Positions 39,479-50,288 of a stretch of 64,000 bases of DNA are shown here, in pieces. The notes beneath the pieces are model-generated. The model did not search any database. It was not told where the DNA came from and saw only the letters and a program-made list of their open reading frames with translations. A program made the position numbers and the translations under genes. Within the stretch, counting starts at the first letter, position 1; each line of letters starts with the position of its first letter. Source of the DNA: Oligoflexia bacterium (GTDB lineage: Bacteria > Bdellovibrionota_C > UBA2361 > SZUA-149 > DAOLCO01); assembly GCA_035327825.1 (NCBI GenBank), contig DAOLCO010000004.1, positions 5,950-69,949 of the forward strand, in the 5' to 3' direction.

Positions 39479-40267
39479 TTATCTTCTGAAATTTTCGGGA
39501 AGATCAAGCCACTCTTTAAATGAAATTCCAGTTTTTTTATTGGCTTCCACAAAATCCCACAAAATTTTATCGATAGTATTATCATCATTTATAAGACTCT
39601 TAAATCTTCGTTCCTGATAAAAAAAACCGAATTTGGGAGATAGTTGCTTAGATGCTTCTTCAATACTAATCCCATAACGTAAATGAAGAAGAAGTGCGGT
39701 AACAATTCCACTTCTATGAGTCCCACTGGTGCAATGTACAAGTACAGGACCATTAATCTCCTCTGCGATCTTGATCAAGCGCTTAAAAGCTTTCTTCTGT
39801 CTTGTGTTGCTACCATTGAGGGGAAGCCAGATATATCTTGAACCATTTTTTTTAACTAGAGCTTTTTCTGAAGATTCACCTTCTTCCCGATCACCGCCAA
39901 GCCTAAGGTCAATGACATTCTTGATGCCATAAAGCACTAATTTTTCCTCTAAAACCTTATTGGATAATTTCGCACTTCGATAAAGTTCGCCAGGACGAAC
40001 TTCATGAAAATTATCCGATGATACCATGTGAGCCAAGGCAGAAGTAAATGAGGTTTGATCAGAAACAATCTGAAAAGCAAATCCTGATATTAAAATCAAA
40101 AAAAAGATAATTAAGATTGTCAAAATACCTGAATATAAACGAGAAATTAATTTTATTGATCTCATAAGGACCTCAAATTTTCTTTTTAATGATTTCCATA
40201 TGATTTTATGACTAAACTTGTTCAATTGGGAATAGTAAAAAATTAAGCTACCTTTTTTTTGCTTCAA
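39479..40267 (-). CDS. membrane-anchored protein tyrosine/dual-specificity phosphatase
   Basis: CX5R P-loop VHCTSGTHRSG; N-terminal TM helix ILTILIIFFLILISGFAF. Confidence 0.75.
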   Translation of the reverse strand: MKQKKGSLIFYYSQLNKFSHKIIWKSLKRKFEVLMRSIKLISRLYSGILTILIIFFLILISGFAFQIVSDQTSFTSALAHMVSSDNFHEVRPGELYRSAKLSNKVLEEKLVLYGIKNVIDLRLGGDREEGESSEKALVKKNGSRYIWLPLNGSNTRQKKAFKRLIKIAEEINGPVLVHCTSGTHRSGIVTALLLHLRYGISIEEASKQLSPKFGFFYQERRFKSLINDDNTIDKILWDFVEANKKTGISFKEWLDLPENFRR

Positions 40268-40892
40268 AAATGCGAAGGGGAGGGATATTTCTCATTTCTA
40301 TGTTTGATCTTGTTATGGAAAAATACTCCAAAAGCTTGTTTTTTATATCTTGCTGACCAATTGAAAGAGAAATTAGAAACTGATAAACAAGAAAGGCTCC
40401 ATTATCCGAAAGCACACTAAGTGTTCCTTTTAGTATGGTATCTTTTAAAGTGGGAGGGAACATCGAAAATGGAATACCAGAAACTATATAATCTGCCCTA
40501 TTTGATTCAATTAACTGCTCTGAATATAATTTTTCAATATGAAAAACTACGTCAGCTGCTGAACCCTCAATAACAATCAGACGTTCATCCTTGATTTCTT
40601 CTGCAAGCGCTCTTGCAAAATCAGGGTTATTTTCAATTGCTACAAGCCGGGAATTTACAGGAAGCTGACTTAGTACATATTTAGTAATAACCCCACCACC
40701 AGGACCAAACTCGATGAATAACCCGCACCTGGATAAATCAATTCCACTAAATATTCTTTTAATTCCAAAAACTGAGGTAGGAGCAATTGATGCAACTTCA
40801 GGATCTCTTATAATATTTGAAATATATGACAAAACAGAATCTTGAGTACCTGTTTTGATGTCAAACTTCTCTTTCATAGTCCTAGCTTCCAT
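40248..40892 (-). CDS. class I SAM-dependent methyltransferase (rRNA adenine dimethylase-like fold)
   Basis: GLFIEFGPGGGVIT glycine-rich SAM motif. Overlaps the phosphatase gene by 20 nt. Confidence 0.55.
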   Translation of the reverse strand: MEARTMKEKFDIKTGTQDSVLSYISNIIRDPEVASIAPTSVFGIKRIFSGIDLSRCGLFIEFGPGGGVITKYVLSQLPVNSRLVAIENNPDFARALAEEIKDERLIVIEGSAADVVFHIEKLYSEQLIESNRADYIVSGIPFSMFPPTLKDTILKGTLSVLSDNGAFLVYQFLISLSIGQQDIKNKLLEYFSITRSNIEMRNIPPLRIFEAKKR

Positions 40893-40910
40893 TAACCACT
40901 CACATTAAAT

Positions 40911-43133
40911 TTAACTAACATAATCCCGAAGTAACTTTTCCCTTTTTCCCCTGGAGGAATTTTTTAAATCAATAAAAACAGAAAGATCATCTACAAATGA
41001 ATGCCTAGTAGGCAAGTTTCTAATAGCAAAAAAGAATAGTCGAAAAAAGTAACCCAAAGAACTTAAAATAATGATCAAAGAAAAGATTAGCCTGGAGCAT
41101 TCGCCTATATCTAACTGCTTATACCAATACTTTCTCTCATTAAGGTAATAAAGAGTTAAAAGCCTGTTGCGACCCAGATGCTGAGTTGAACTGCCACCTT
41201 CATGAAGCACGGTTGCTTTTGGCACCAGAATTGAAGGTAAGCCATGACTTTTTATGCGCATTGAGAGATCAACATCTTCATACCATGCAGGAAAAAATGA
41301 ATCATCAAAACCCTTTATATCTCTAAAAACTTGTGAAGGTATGAAGAGACATGCTCCTGAAACATGCTCTACTTCCAGATAATCAGGTCCTTTTGAATTG
41401 GTGCTTGCAAGTGAATTAGCTATTATATAGTCATCTTCATAATGGTAAAATCTTGATACCGGATTATCAGGCCAAATGGCTTCAATAAAAAAAGTATTCA
41501 TAAAAACAGAGCCAAGTGACGGCAGCTTTTTACCTGAATACTTACGTTGAGGTTTTTTATCATCAGAATTAACTGGTATAGGGCTAACAAGACCAGGATT
41601 TTCGATTGATTTAATTGCGTTAATGCAAAATTTGAATGCATTTTCAAGTGGAGCAATATCAGGATTTAGAACCAGATAGCAATCTGCATCGTTATCAGCA
41701 AGTAATGCATGATTATTGGCCCCGGCAAAACCAAGATTCAAACCTGGTTCAATAAGTGATATATGATTATTATTTACAACTAAAGCTCTAACTTTTTCAA
41801 AATATGGATCATTTGGGCTGTTATTTGTAATAGAAAGATGCCAGCTGATTTTAATATCATCTTCACATCTTTTAAGCTCATCAATTACAGCAGATATATT
41901 CCTTATTATTGATTCACTTTGATAATAAGAGACGATTGAAACATGTAATTTAAAAGGATAAGATTCCTTGTTGAAAGAATTTTTATCCCTATACCGACAT
42001 GCATTAAGAGCATCTTGTCCACTGTAGAATAATGACAAAAAAGATAAATCTGAACAGGCCATTCTAGATCTGATCCATGAATTTTTGCTTAAAGCCTGGG
42101 ATGATTTTAGAAAAGCACCTTTAAGTCCAGACAAAGAGCTTCTCTCAAATATAAGGCAAGCTAATATCACAATACAATTACGAATCAGAACCATTGGGCA
42201 AAGCAGCAAAAAGTTTAAAAATCCAAGGGTTTGAAGTTGAAGAAGAAATCTGTTCTGAACTCCAAGTGAATTAATCAGCTCATTCTGGGAAGAACGGTTA
42301 TCATGAAGCACTCTTCTGACATGAAAACCAACCGCACGTGGTTCATACCTGTATCGCCAACCAAGCAGTTTTGCTCTAAGACTTAACTCTGCATCTTCCC
42401 TGTACATAATAAAGGCTTCATCAAGAAATTCTACTCCTTCCATAGCTATATCTTCAGAACTTCGGTAACGTATTTCTGGAGGAAAAGATACATCTTCAAT
42501 AAAATCCCTGGAGAACATGAGGCAGGCACCAGTTCCGCCACTTACAAATTGTGGAGCTGAAAATTTAACCTCTCCCTTTGAATTAGCTTCTGGCTCACCA
42601 GAACCTCTGTCAAAATGACGAAATGATGGAACAAAATACATTCCCGCAGCATCCAGTACATCTCGCTGAAGTAGATTGAATGAGGGATCTGTCCTGTAAA
42701 GCTTTGGTGTAACTGCTCCTATTCGCAGTTGATTATTTTGAGTACTTGAGCCAAATGCCCTATACATTTCCAATATGCAGTCAGGATCAAGCACCATGTC
42801 CGGATTAATCAAAACAATATAATCTGCATTGTTTTTTAGTGCATAATTGATTGCAACATTGTGAGCAGGACTGAAACCCAAGTTACTATTAAGTAAAATT
42901 ATATGAACCCTGTTAGTATATTTGTTTTTAAATTTTTCAATAATTGTGCGGCTTTTATCTGAAGAAGAATTATCTGCAATAATAATATTTATATGAAATC
43001 CCTTCTGCGTACTCTCAATTACAGAATGGAGGCATTTCTCTATCGTCTTGTCACTATTATAGGTAACTATTTGGGCAAAAATGTGAACTTCACTATCTGT
43101 AGTGCTAACAGGAGAGTCGTTCTTGCTTGCCAT
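40911..43133 (-). CDS. two-domain glycosyltransferase (tandem GT2 domains)
   Basis: Two repeats of the GT-A signature: IFAQIVTYNSDKT...IIADNSSSD and VSIVSYYQSES...ITNNSPND, each followed by DxD-containing segments. Confidence 0.7.
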   Translation of the reverse strand: MASKNDSPVSTTDSEVHIFAQIVTYNSDKTIEKCLHSVIESTQKGFHINIIIADNSSSDKSRTIIEKFKNKYTNRVHIILLNSNLGFSPAHNVAINYALKNNADYIVLINPDMVLDPDCILEMYRAFGSSTQNNQLRIGAVTPKLYRTDPSFNLLQRDVLDAAGMYFVPSFRHFDRGSGEPEANSKGEVKFSAPQFVSGGTGACLMFSRDFIEDVSFPPEIRYRSSEDIAMEGVEFLDEAFIMYREDAELSLRAKLLGWRYRYEPRAVGFHVRRVLHDNRSSQNELINSLGVQNRFLLQLQTLGFLNFLLLCPMVLIRNCIVILACLIFERSSLSGLKGAFLKSSQALSKNSWIRSRMACSDLSFLSLFYSGQDALNACRYRDKNSFNKESYPFKLHVSIVSYYQSESIIRNISAVIDELKRCEDDIKISWHLSITNNSPNDPYFEKVRALVVNNNHISLIEPGLNLGFAGANNHALLADNDADCYLVLNPDIAPLENAFKFCINAIKSIENPGLVSPIPVNSDDKKPQRKYSGKKLPSLGSVFMNTFFIEAIWPDNPVSRFYHYEDDYIIANSLASTNSKGPDYLEVEHVSGACLFIPSQVFRDIKGFDDSFFPAWYEDVDLSMRIKSHGLPSILVPKATVLHEGGSSTQHLGRNRLLTLYYLNERKYWYKQLDIGECSRLIFSLIIILSSLGYFFRLFFFAIRNLPTRHSFVDDLSVFIDLKNSSRGKREKLLRDYVS

Positions 43134-43167
43134 TTACTTGCCTTTGCTGAAAGACTGGAATACTTGA

Positions 43168-44841
43168 CTACTGTTTAAGACAATGGGTCTTCATGCATAA
43201 TGAATGAGTACCAAGTCTTCTGCCATCCTGAAATAATCCAAGCATTGGATAAGGTTTGGATTTAATGCTCCACGGGCTGACTGGACTCATTCCCGACCCT
43301 TTTTTTCTCATTGAAAGGGTGTATTTTTTCCCTGCGGATTGAAGTTGAGGATCGAAATCAACTTTTACCCACTGATTGTTTTTAATCAATGAACTGTTTA
43401 ATGATTTTTTTGCAACAACTCGTAAACCAGAATGAAAATCAGACTCACCTGTATATTCAGATAGATTAATCTCAATTTCACCATCCGTCTCATGACCATG
43501 AGTTCCAAAAAGTAATTCAATTTCCTTAAGTCCGTTTATTCGGCAAATGAAGTGCTGTTCCAGGGTGCTATTAATACCAAAAGCAAAATCACAAGACTCT
43601 GCAATGTCAATTGAAATATCAATCTCCCTATTAGAACTTATAACAGGAGTATCAAGAATATTGATAATTTGATTTGCCGCTTTCTTGCGGTCAAAAAGCT
43701 CTTTTGCTAGTAATAAGGCATTTTTTGATTTTGTAACTACCAATAACGGATCGTTGAAAATTTCTTCTATCACTTCTCTAAAAGCACGTTCATCCCCTGG
43801 AGCTATGCACCATCCAGCGTTAAATTTCTTTATTGAATCCGCAAGATCTGCATAATTATTATAAATTATCGGAATACCAGCCCATAAGTAAGTTGTTGTC
43901 CTAATTGTAATTGCAAGTTCCCTTTCTAAATTCCAGCTCATTAAATCAAGAGCGACATCTGCATTTGGAAGTAACTCCACAAACTTCTCAAGGGGCAGAA
44001 GTGGCAATCGTTTCACACGAGGATTTTGCTCAAGTGAATAAAACAGTTCGTCATACTTTCCCGTATTAATATCATAGTTAGGATGTTTACCTCCTATCAG
44101 TGTCAAAGTACCCAGATTGCGATTTTTTAGTTCATTTGAAAGATTCTCCAGACCCCAGGTTGGATCCTGCCACGGAAGAAAAACTCCACCAAAAATAAAT
44201 GAAGGACTGAAAAGACCGGAACTGCTACTGTTGCTATCAATTGATAGAGTTTTTGATCCAGATATTCTTTCAATTCTATTCTTTGTATTTTGATCTTCAA
44301 TGGGAGGTAGGGGCATTGCTATTGTACATATTCGCTCTTCAGGACGGGAAACTTTCGCGCGCATCAGCCAGGACAAAAAATATAATCTTTGCTTCTGGCC
44401 TGAAACGATAAAATAATCAGCACAGGCTAAAGCATTTAGTTTGCCATGAACAGCTGCATTGTAGTTATCTTCACCCTGAAAATATCTTTCAAGCAGATGT
44501 GGACCTGCAAGATCAATGATTAATGGTTGTCTTGGTTTTCTGCCCAAAGTCCATGCAGGCCAATGTCCACAGAAGATAACATCAGGGTTTGTTTCGGAAA
44601 TTATTTTTGCCTGATTAACAGCATCAAAGGCATAGCGATTTAACTCTTTAAGAATTTCTTTAGATACTTTTTCATTTAACGAAGAATTTATACCATCAAG
44701 AGCTGATAGTGGTACAGAAAATATCACCTCATGTCCAAGATCTCTCAGTCCTTCAGCAATTTGATTTGTCCTTAGAGCTGTCCCCGAAGTAGGATAGCCG
44801 GATAAGGGAGGTAAATCGGTAGCAAATATAAGAATTTTCAT
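43168..44841 (-). CDS. GT4-family glycosyltransferase with ~180-aa C-terminal extension (paralog A)
   Basis: MKILIFATDLPPLSGYPTSGTALRTNQIAEGL N-terminus. A conserved block LMSWNLERELAITIRTTTYLWAGIPIIYNNYADL is shared with the divergent paralog. Confidence 0.7.
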   Translation of the reverse strand: MKILIFATDLPPLSGYPTSGTALRTNQIAEGLRDLGHEVIFSVPLSALDGINSSLNEKVSKEILKELNRYAFDAVNQAKIISETNPDVIFCGHWPAWTLGRKPRQPLIIDLAGPHLLERYFQGEDNYNAAVHGKLNALACADYFIVSGQKQRLYFLSWLMRAKVSRPEERICTIAMPLPPIEDQNTKNRIERISGSKTLSIDSNSSSSGLFSPSFIFGGVFLPWQDPTWGLENLSNELKNRNLGTLTLIGGKHPNYDINTGKYDELFYSLEQNPRVKRLPLLPLEKFVELLPNADVALDLMSWNLERELAITIRTTTYLWAGIPIIYNNYADLADSIKKFNAGWCIAPGDERAFREVIEEIFNDPLLVVTKSKNALLLAKELFDRKKAANQIINILDTPVISSNREIDISIDIAESCDFAFGINSTLEQHFICRINGLKEIELLFGTHGHETDGEIEINLSEYTGESDFHSGLRVVAKKSLNSSLIKNNQWVKVDFDPQLQSAGKKYTLSMRKKGSGMSPVSPWSIKSKPYPMLGLFQDGRRLGTHSLCMKTHCLKQ

Positions 44842-45194
44842 TTTAATTCTAAATCCCGGTACTATGAGGTCTTTAAAAAATACGAATTATTAATTCTGAA
44901 CCGAACGGGCTGTTTTAAAACATCCCCAGGCTCCCTTGGCGGTAGTATTGAAATCAGTGGCGGAAAATACATTAATAGCAACAGGTTACAATTTTCACCA
45001 AGAGCATCTTAGAGAACAATTTAGACAGTTTACAAGATAAGCACAATATCCTACAAACCGAACGACACTTTCCGTATATTAAGCGTCAATTAATATTGCC
45101 AAGACCTACCAGATGATATGAATCGATTCAATCGCAAGCGTGGCGGTATTAATCTTACTATTTATTAACTTAGCTGAACTGGAGCTATAAACTG

Positions 45195-47045
45195 GTGAAA
45201 GTTCTATTATTCAGTAACGATACTATGCCTTTTGGAACCCTTCCAACCAGTGGGGGAGGACTTCGTTGCTGGCAATTATATCAGGGGTTAAGAAGTCAGG
45301 GTATTGAAGTAATAGCATCAATGCCTGCTTTTACTTTTCTTACCCAGAAATATTTCTCGGAAATCCCGGAAGAAGTAAGAGCTAATTTATGGGAATGGCA
45401 TACCCAGGATGATATCTTTGAAAGGAACAAACCTGATGCTGTAATTTTTGCTTCAAACTGGGATCACTATAACTTAAGAAAAAAACCAGATGTTCCTCTT
45501 ATTGTTGATCTTCACGGCTCAAGGTTGATTGAGACCGCACTTTTTGGTGACCAGGCCGACTGTAACAAAAAAGTAGATGTATTTTCAAGAGCTGATTTAC
45601 TTTTATCTGCCGGAAAAAGACAAAGAAACTATTTTTATGGTTGGCTTACTCAGGCCGGCAGAGTACCTGAATGCGATCATTTCATTCGGTATATACCGGT
45701 ATCGCTTGGGCCGGAGAACTTTGTAAGAAATGATTTACCCCCAAGCTCAATTAATTTTCCATTGATAGTGAGTGGGGGAGGGTGGTTTCCATGGCAAGAT
45801 CAATCGAAAGCAATTTTTCAGATTGCCCGTTACTTTATTGAAAAGAAAAAGGGTAAACTTCAGATTTATGGAACACCTCACGATAATCCTTCTCCTTCTC
45901 CAGAAGAACTTGCAATAAGGCGCATTTTTGCATCCGTAGAAGACCTTTCGACAAAACATGGAGAAGTAGATGTAGTAGGTTATGTAGGAAGGGATGATCT
46001 ACTTAAAGAATACAGCAAAGCATCTGTTGCTCTTGAATTAATGACCTATAACCTTGAGCGTGAACTCGCATTTACCACGCGTACTATTGAATATTTGTGG
46101 TGTGGATTACCTGTAATTTACAATAATTATTCTGAAATTAGTGATCACATTTCAGAATATGATGCTGGATGGACAATTGATCCTGGTGACAGTAGTGCAT
46201 TAAAATTAGTGCTTGATGAGATAATGGATAATCCGGAAATTATAAGATCAAAATCCAGAAATGCACAGCAACTTGCAAGAGAAAGATTTTCCTGGGATAA
46301 AACCATAAATCCACTTGTTGATTTTCTTAAGAATCCCGTAATCTCAAAGGAATTAACTCCATGCATATCGTTTGTTGGAGGTCGCGCTTCTTATCTTACT
46401 CCAGGTGGATCACCACTTGAGATCCCCCTTTCCTGCGCTAAAGATGAATCAATTGAAATGAATTGCAAAATAAGGTTGAGTCAGCGTTTTATTTTCCCAA
46501 CTGAAGGAGTCTGGGCCCTGGAAGTACCTTATCAACTTGAAAAATCGATTGGAGAGATTACGCTAAAAGTAAAATCAAAGTACGGTTTTACTATCTCAAA
46601 ACGAAGGCATTTACTAAGCGTAATTCCAAAACATGGCACTTTTCTTTTACCACTTTCACGAATATTTAGACCACTTGGGGGGAGTGCTGGTATTCTGGAA
46701 ATTGTTTATGAAGGTGTTTCTGGTGGCATGTTGCTAAATGGCCTGCTTGAACCAGTATACCCTTTGCTTGAATCAGCTGAAGTTTCTTCTTTTGTGGCTC
46801 GTGATTCCCTTGGAAGAGAGTCTAGGGCCAGTGTTTTAAAATTCCAGTTCCATGCCGGCGCCAGTAGAACTTATCATCTTCGAAGTATGATTGAGAGAGC
46901 TTACTGGCTGATAAGACAGGGGCAAATAAAACGATTAGTAAGGGCGGTATTAAGAAGGATGGGCTCAAAAAAAACTGCTGTTTTAAGAAAAATTATATCC
47001 TTATTCAAGTCCCTAAGGTTTCATAGTTCGGCCCAAAAGGTGTAG
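45195..47045 (+). CDS. GT4-family glycosyltransferase with C-terminal extension (paralog B)
   Basis: MKVLLFSNDTMPFGTLPTSGGGLRCWQLYQGL and LMTYNLERELAFTTRTIEYLWCGLPVIYNNYSEI are clearly paralogous to 43168-44841. The two genes are divergently transcribed. Confidence 0.7.
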   Translation: MKVLLFSNDTMPFGTLPTSGGGLRCWQLYQGLRSQGIEVIASMPAFTFLTQKYFSEIPEEVRANLWEWHTQDDIFERNKPDAVIFASNWDHYNLRKKPDVPLIVDLHGSRLIETALFGDQADCNKKVDVFSRADLLLSAGKRQRNYFYGWLTQAGRVPECDHFIRYIPVSLGPENFVRNDLPPSSINFPLIVSGGGWFPWQDQSKAIFQIARYFIEKKKGKLQIYGTPHDNPSPSPEELAIRRIFASVEDLSTKHGEVDVVGYVGRDDLLKEYSKASVALELMTYNLERELAFTTRTIEYLWCGLPVIYNNYSEISDHISEYDAGWTIDPGDSSALKLVLDEIMDNPEIIRSKSRNAQQLARERFSWDKTINPLVDFLKNPVISKELTPCISFVGGRASYLTPGGSPLEIPLSCAKDESIEMNCKIRLSQRFIFPTEGVWALEVPYQLEKSIGEITLKVKSKYGFTISKRRHLLSVIPKHGTFLLPLSRIFRPLGGSAGILEIVYEGVSGGMLLNGLLEPVYPLLESAEVSSFVARDSLGRESRASVLKFQFHAGASRTYHLRSMIERAYWLIRQGQIKRLVRAVLRRMGSKKTAVLRKIISLFKSLRFHSSAQKV

Positions 47046-47069
47046 TATCCGATTGAAAGAGATTACCGG

Positions 47070-47909
47070 ATGAACAGTAAATTATCTAAAAAGCAGATAT
47101 CTGAAAAACAAATATCTGAGAAACAAAGGAGTGAAGCAAAAATGAATACATTACCAGAGGATAAGTATTCACTTCTGGACGAATCAAACAGCAAGGCAGG
47201 TTCCAATAAAACTACTTCTAAAACGTCGGAGGGTATAGGCAAAGAATCCGAGATTTATACCAGCCGCTTTAGTCCTGCTCAGGAAAAAGTTCGTGAAGAG
47301 ACATGGGATATTCTTGTTAGTGAGTTTTTTCAGAATTACGTATCTCCTGATGATTGTCTTCTTGATCTTGGAGCAGGAGATGGTCTTTTTGTTACCAGAA
47401 TCAAGGCAAGACGACGAATAGCAGTAGATCTTTCTTCTCATGTAAACAAACTTGAATCTGCCGGGATAGAGGTTTTGCAATGTCTGGCAAGTGATTTCGT
47501 GAGTAAACTCAATGAGCCTGCAGATGTAATTTTTATGAGTAATTTCCTTGAGCACTTGCCGGATAAGCGTACTGTGATTGAAGTATTTGACGAATGCAGA
47601 AGGGCACTTTCACCTGATGGAAAGGTACTGATCCTACAACCCAATATAAGATATGTTGGTGTCAAGTACTGGGATTATATAGACCATCATATTGCTCTTA
47701 CAGAACATTCTCTTGTCGAAGGGCTTGAAGTATCTGGATTCAGGGTAGAAGAACTTATTCCAAGATTTCTGCCATATACTGCCAAATCGGGCGTAGGGGC
47801 AATTAGCGGAATGTTTGATACGAAATCACTCGTATCTGCATATCTTAAAATACCACTGTTGTGGAAATTTCTTGGAGCACAGACTTTTATCTGTGCACGA
47901 AAAAAATAG
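47070..47909 (+). CDS. class I SAM-dependent methyltransferase
   Basis: LLDLGAGDGLF motif I. An N-terminal tandem KQISEKQISEKQRSE repeat is encoded by a 15-nt DNA repeat at ~47085-47130. Confidence 0.6.
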   Translation: MNSKLSKKQISEKQISEKQRSEAKMNTLPEDKYSLLDESNSKAGSNKTTSKTSEGIGKESEIYTSRFSPAQEKVREETWDILVSEFFQNYVSPDDCLLDLGAGDGLFVTRIKARRRIAVDLSSHVNKLESAGIEVLQCLASDFVSKLNEPADVIFMSNFLEHLPDKRTVIEVFDECRRALSPDGKVLILQPNIRYVGVKYWDYIDHHIALTEHSLVEGLEVSGFRVEELIPRFLPYTAKSGVGAISGMFDTKSLVSAYLKIPLLWKFLGAQTFICARKK

Positions 47910-47945
47910 TACTTACATTTATTAAAATTAATCTAGAAAATATTT

Positions 47946-49169
47946 ATGAATAAAGAAATAGTTGTTGTTGGTGGATGTGGTCACGTTGGACTTCCACTTG
48001 GAGTAAAATTATCAGAAGCTGGTTTCAAAACCAGCCTTGTAGATATTGATCAAAAAGCTATCGACAAGGTTAATTCCGGACAGTTCCCCTTTCTTGAAAG
48101 AGGTGGGGATGAACAACTGCAGTTCGCAATTAAAAGAGGACTAAGGGCAACCAGGGATGCAAACGTATGTCGCACGGCTGATGCTGTTGTATTCGTAATA
48201 GGCACACCAGTAGACGAGCATCTTAATCCCAAGATTTCTGATGTGATCAAAATTTTTGATTATTATGTTCCGCTACTTAAGCCAGGAACTCTAATTATCA
48301 TGCGCTCTACCTTGTTTCCGGGAACCATGGAGCACCTGAAAGAAAGGCTTAAGGAGCAAAAAATTGATGTAAAAATTGCATTCTGTCCAGAGCGCGTTGC
48401 TCAAGGTTATGCTCTTGAGGAAATTGATTCACTACCGCAAATTGTGTCAGCTTATGAAGAAGAAAGCTTTCAGAGTGCATATGATATATTTAAAAGGCTT
48501 GCCCCATCCGTTATTCGCCTAACTCCAATCGAAGCTGAAATGACAAAACTAATGGCAAATTCATGGCGCTATCTTGAGTTTGCTATTGCAAATCAGTTTT
48601 ATATGATTGCTGAATCCAAGGGTGTTGATTTTTTTAAAATTTATGATGCAATAAGGTATGATTATCCAAGAGCCAGTGGTTATAAATCTCCGGGTCTGGC
48701 TGCCGGCCCATGCCTGTTTAAAGACACAATGCAGCTTGCAAGTTTCTTTGATCACCAGTTTTATATGGGCCACTCTGCAATGTTAGTCAATGAGGGCCTG
48801 GCAGGATTTCTCGTGGACAAAGTCGCTAAAATTTTTGGTGATTCTCTTTGGGGGAAAAAAGTTGCCCTTCTTGGAATGACTTTCAAGGCTAATAACGACG
48901 ACATAAGAGAATCATTGAGTTATCGGTTAAAAAAAGGGCTTGAGTTTAAAGGCGCTGAAGTTCTTGATCATGATCCCTACCTTGAAAACAAAAATGAACT
49001 TGAAGCAATTCTTGAGGAGGCAGATGCCTTGGTAATTGGCACCCCTCACGATGAGTATAAAAAACTTGCTCTAAAAAAACCATGTATTGATGTTTGGGGC
49101 ATTTTTAATCGTCCACATCTGGAGGTTTTGCAAGGCGAAATATCTGCAAACAGAGCTGCAAATAGTTAA
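47946..49169 (+). CDS. nucleotide-sugar (UDP-glucose/GDP-mannose family) dehydrogenase
   Basis: N-terminal Rossmann IVVVGGCGHVGLPLG, ~407 aa, consistent with the UDPG_MGDP_dh family. Confidence 0.75.
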   Translation: MNKEIVVVGGCGHVGLPLGVKLSEAGFKTSLVDIDQKAIDKVNSGQFPFLERGGDEQLQFAIKRGLRATRDANVCRTADAVVFVIGTPVDEHLNPKISDVIKIFDYYVPLLKPGTLIIMRSTLFPGTMEHLKERLKEQKIDVKIAFCPERVAQGYALEEIDSLPQIVSAYEEESFQSAYDIFKRLAPSVIRLTPIEAEMTKLMANSWRYLEFAIANQFYMIAESKGVDFFKIYDAIRYDYPRASGYKSPGLAAGPCLFKDTMQLASFFDHQFYMGHSAMLVNEGLAGFLVDKVAKIFGDSLWGKKVALLGMTFKANNDDIRESLSYRLKKGLEFKGAEVLDHDPYLENKNELEAILEEADALVIGTPHDEYKKLALKKPCIDVWGIFNRPHLEVLQGEISANRAANS

Positions 49170-49208
49170 ATCGAATTTAATATTGAACACAGAATAGAAA
49201 GGGCAAAT

Positions 49209-50243
49209 ATGTCTGATAACAAAAAAATATTGGTAACAGGATCAGCTGGTTTTATTGGTGGTTATGTTGTTGAAGAATTACTTAATAATGGTTGGACAGT
49301 TGTTGGTATAGATAATTTCTCCAAATATGGCGAAATTGAAAAGTCTTATGATTCTCACCCCAATTATCATTTTGTAAGGGGAGATGTGAAAAACACTCCT
49401 CTTATGATGGAGCTGGCTGAAGGATGTTCCCATATTCTTGCAGGAGCTGCAATGATTGGTGGTATAAGTTACTTTCATGAGTTTGCATATGATTTACTTT
49501 CTGAAAATGAAAGAATTATGGCTTCAACTTTTGACTCTGCAATACATGGCTGGAAGAAAGGAACTCTTAAGAAAATTACCGTTCTAAGCTCCAGTATGGT
49601 TTTTGAATCAACTAACAAATTTCCTAGTCCGGAAGGCGAAGAACTTGCTTGTCCTCCACCAAAGAGTACTTATGGGTTTCAAAAACTAGCCTGTGAATAT
49701 TTTGCCAGAGGCGCTTTTGAACAGTATCAGCTACCTTACACAATTGTTAGACCATTTAACTGTGTAGGAGTAGGGGAGAAAAGGGCTCTTTCAGACCATG
49801 AAATAATGTCTGGAAATGTTAAGCTTGCGATGAGTCATGTAGTTCCTGATTTGATCCAGAAGCTTGTTAAGGGCCAAGATCCGCTTCATATATTGGGAGA
49901 TGGCTCACAAATAAGGCACTATACATATGGAGGAGACCTTGCCAGAGGCATACGAATAGCAATTGAACACGAAAAAGCCCTAAACGAGGACTTCAATATT
50001 TCAACTGAGACAGGAACAACGGTTAGAGAGCTTGCAGAAGTTATATGGAAAAAAATCAAGGGTGATAATGTGCCATTAAGAATGGTATCTGATGATCCTT
50101 TTGTTCATGACGTTCAGAAAAGAGTTCCTGATTGTAGCAAGGCAAAGAAGTTACTTGGATATGAAGCCACTACTTCTCTTGAGCAAATTCTTGACGAGGT
50201 TATTCCTTGGGTTACTGAGCAGGTTAAACTGGGTGCAATATAA
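49209..50243 (+). CDS. NAD-dependent nucleotide-sugar epimerase/dehydratase (extended SDR)
   Basis: ILVTGSAGFIGGYVVEELL Rossmann motif and a YxxxK context (STYGFQK). Confidence 0.75.
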   Translation: MSDNKKILVTGSAGFIGGYVVEELLNNGWTVVGIDNFSKYGEIEKSYDSHPNYHFVRGDVKNTPLMMELAEGCSHILAGAAMIGGISYFHEFAYDLLSENERIMASTFDSAIHGWKKGTLKKITVLSSSMVFESTNKFPSPEGEELACPPPKSTYGFQKLACEYFARGAFEQYQLPYTIVRPFNCVGVGEKRALSDHEIMSGNVKLAMSHVVPDLIQKLVKGQDPLHILGDGSQIRHYTYGGDLARGIRIAIEHEKALNEDFNISTETGTTVRELAEVIWKKIKGDNVPLRMVSDDPFVHDVQKRVPDCSKAKKLLGYEATTSLEQILDEVIPWVTEQVKLGAI

Positions 50244-50288
50244 AATTCCTAATATGATTAATTCGTAGCTCTGCAATCATTTTTAACA

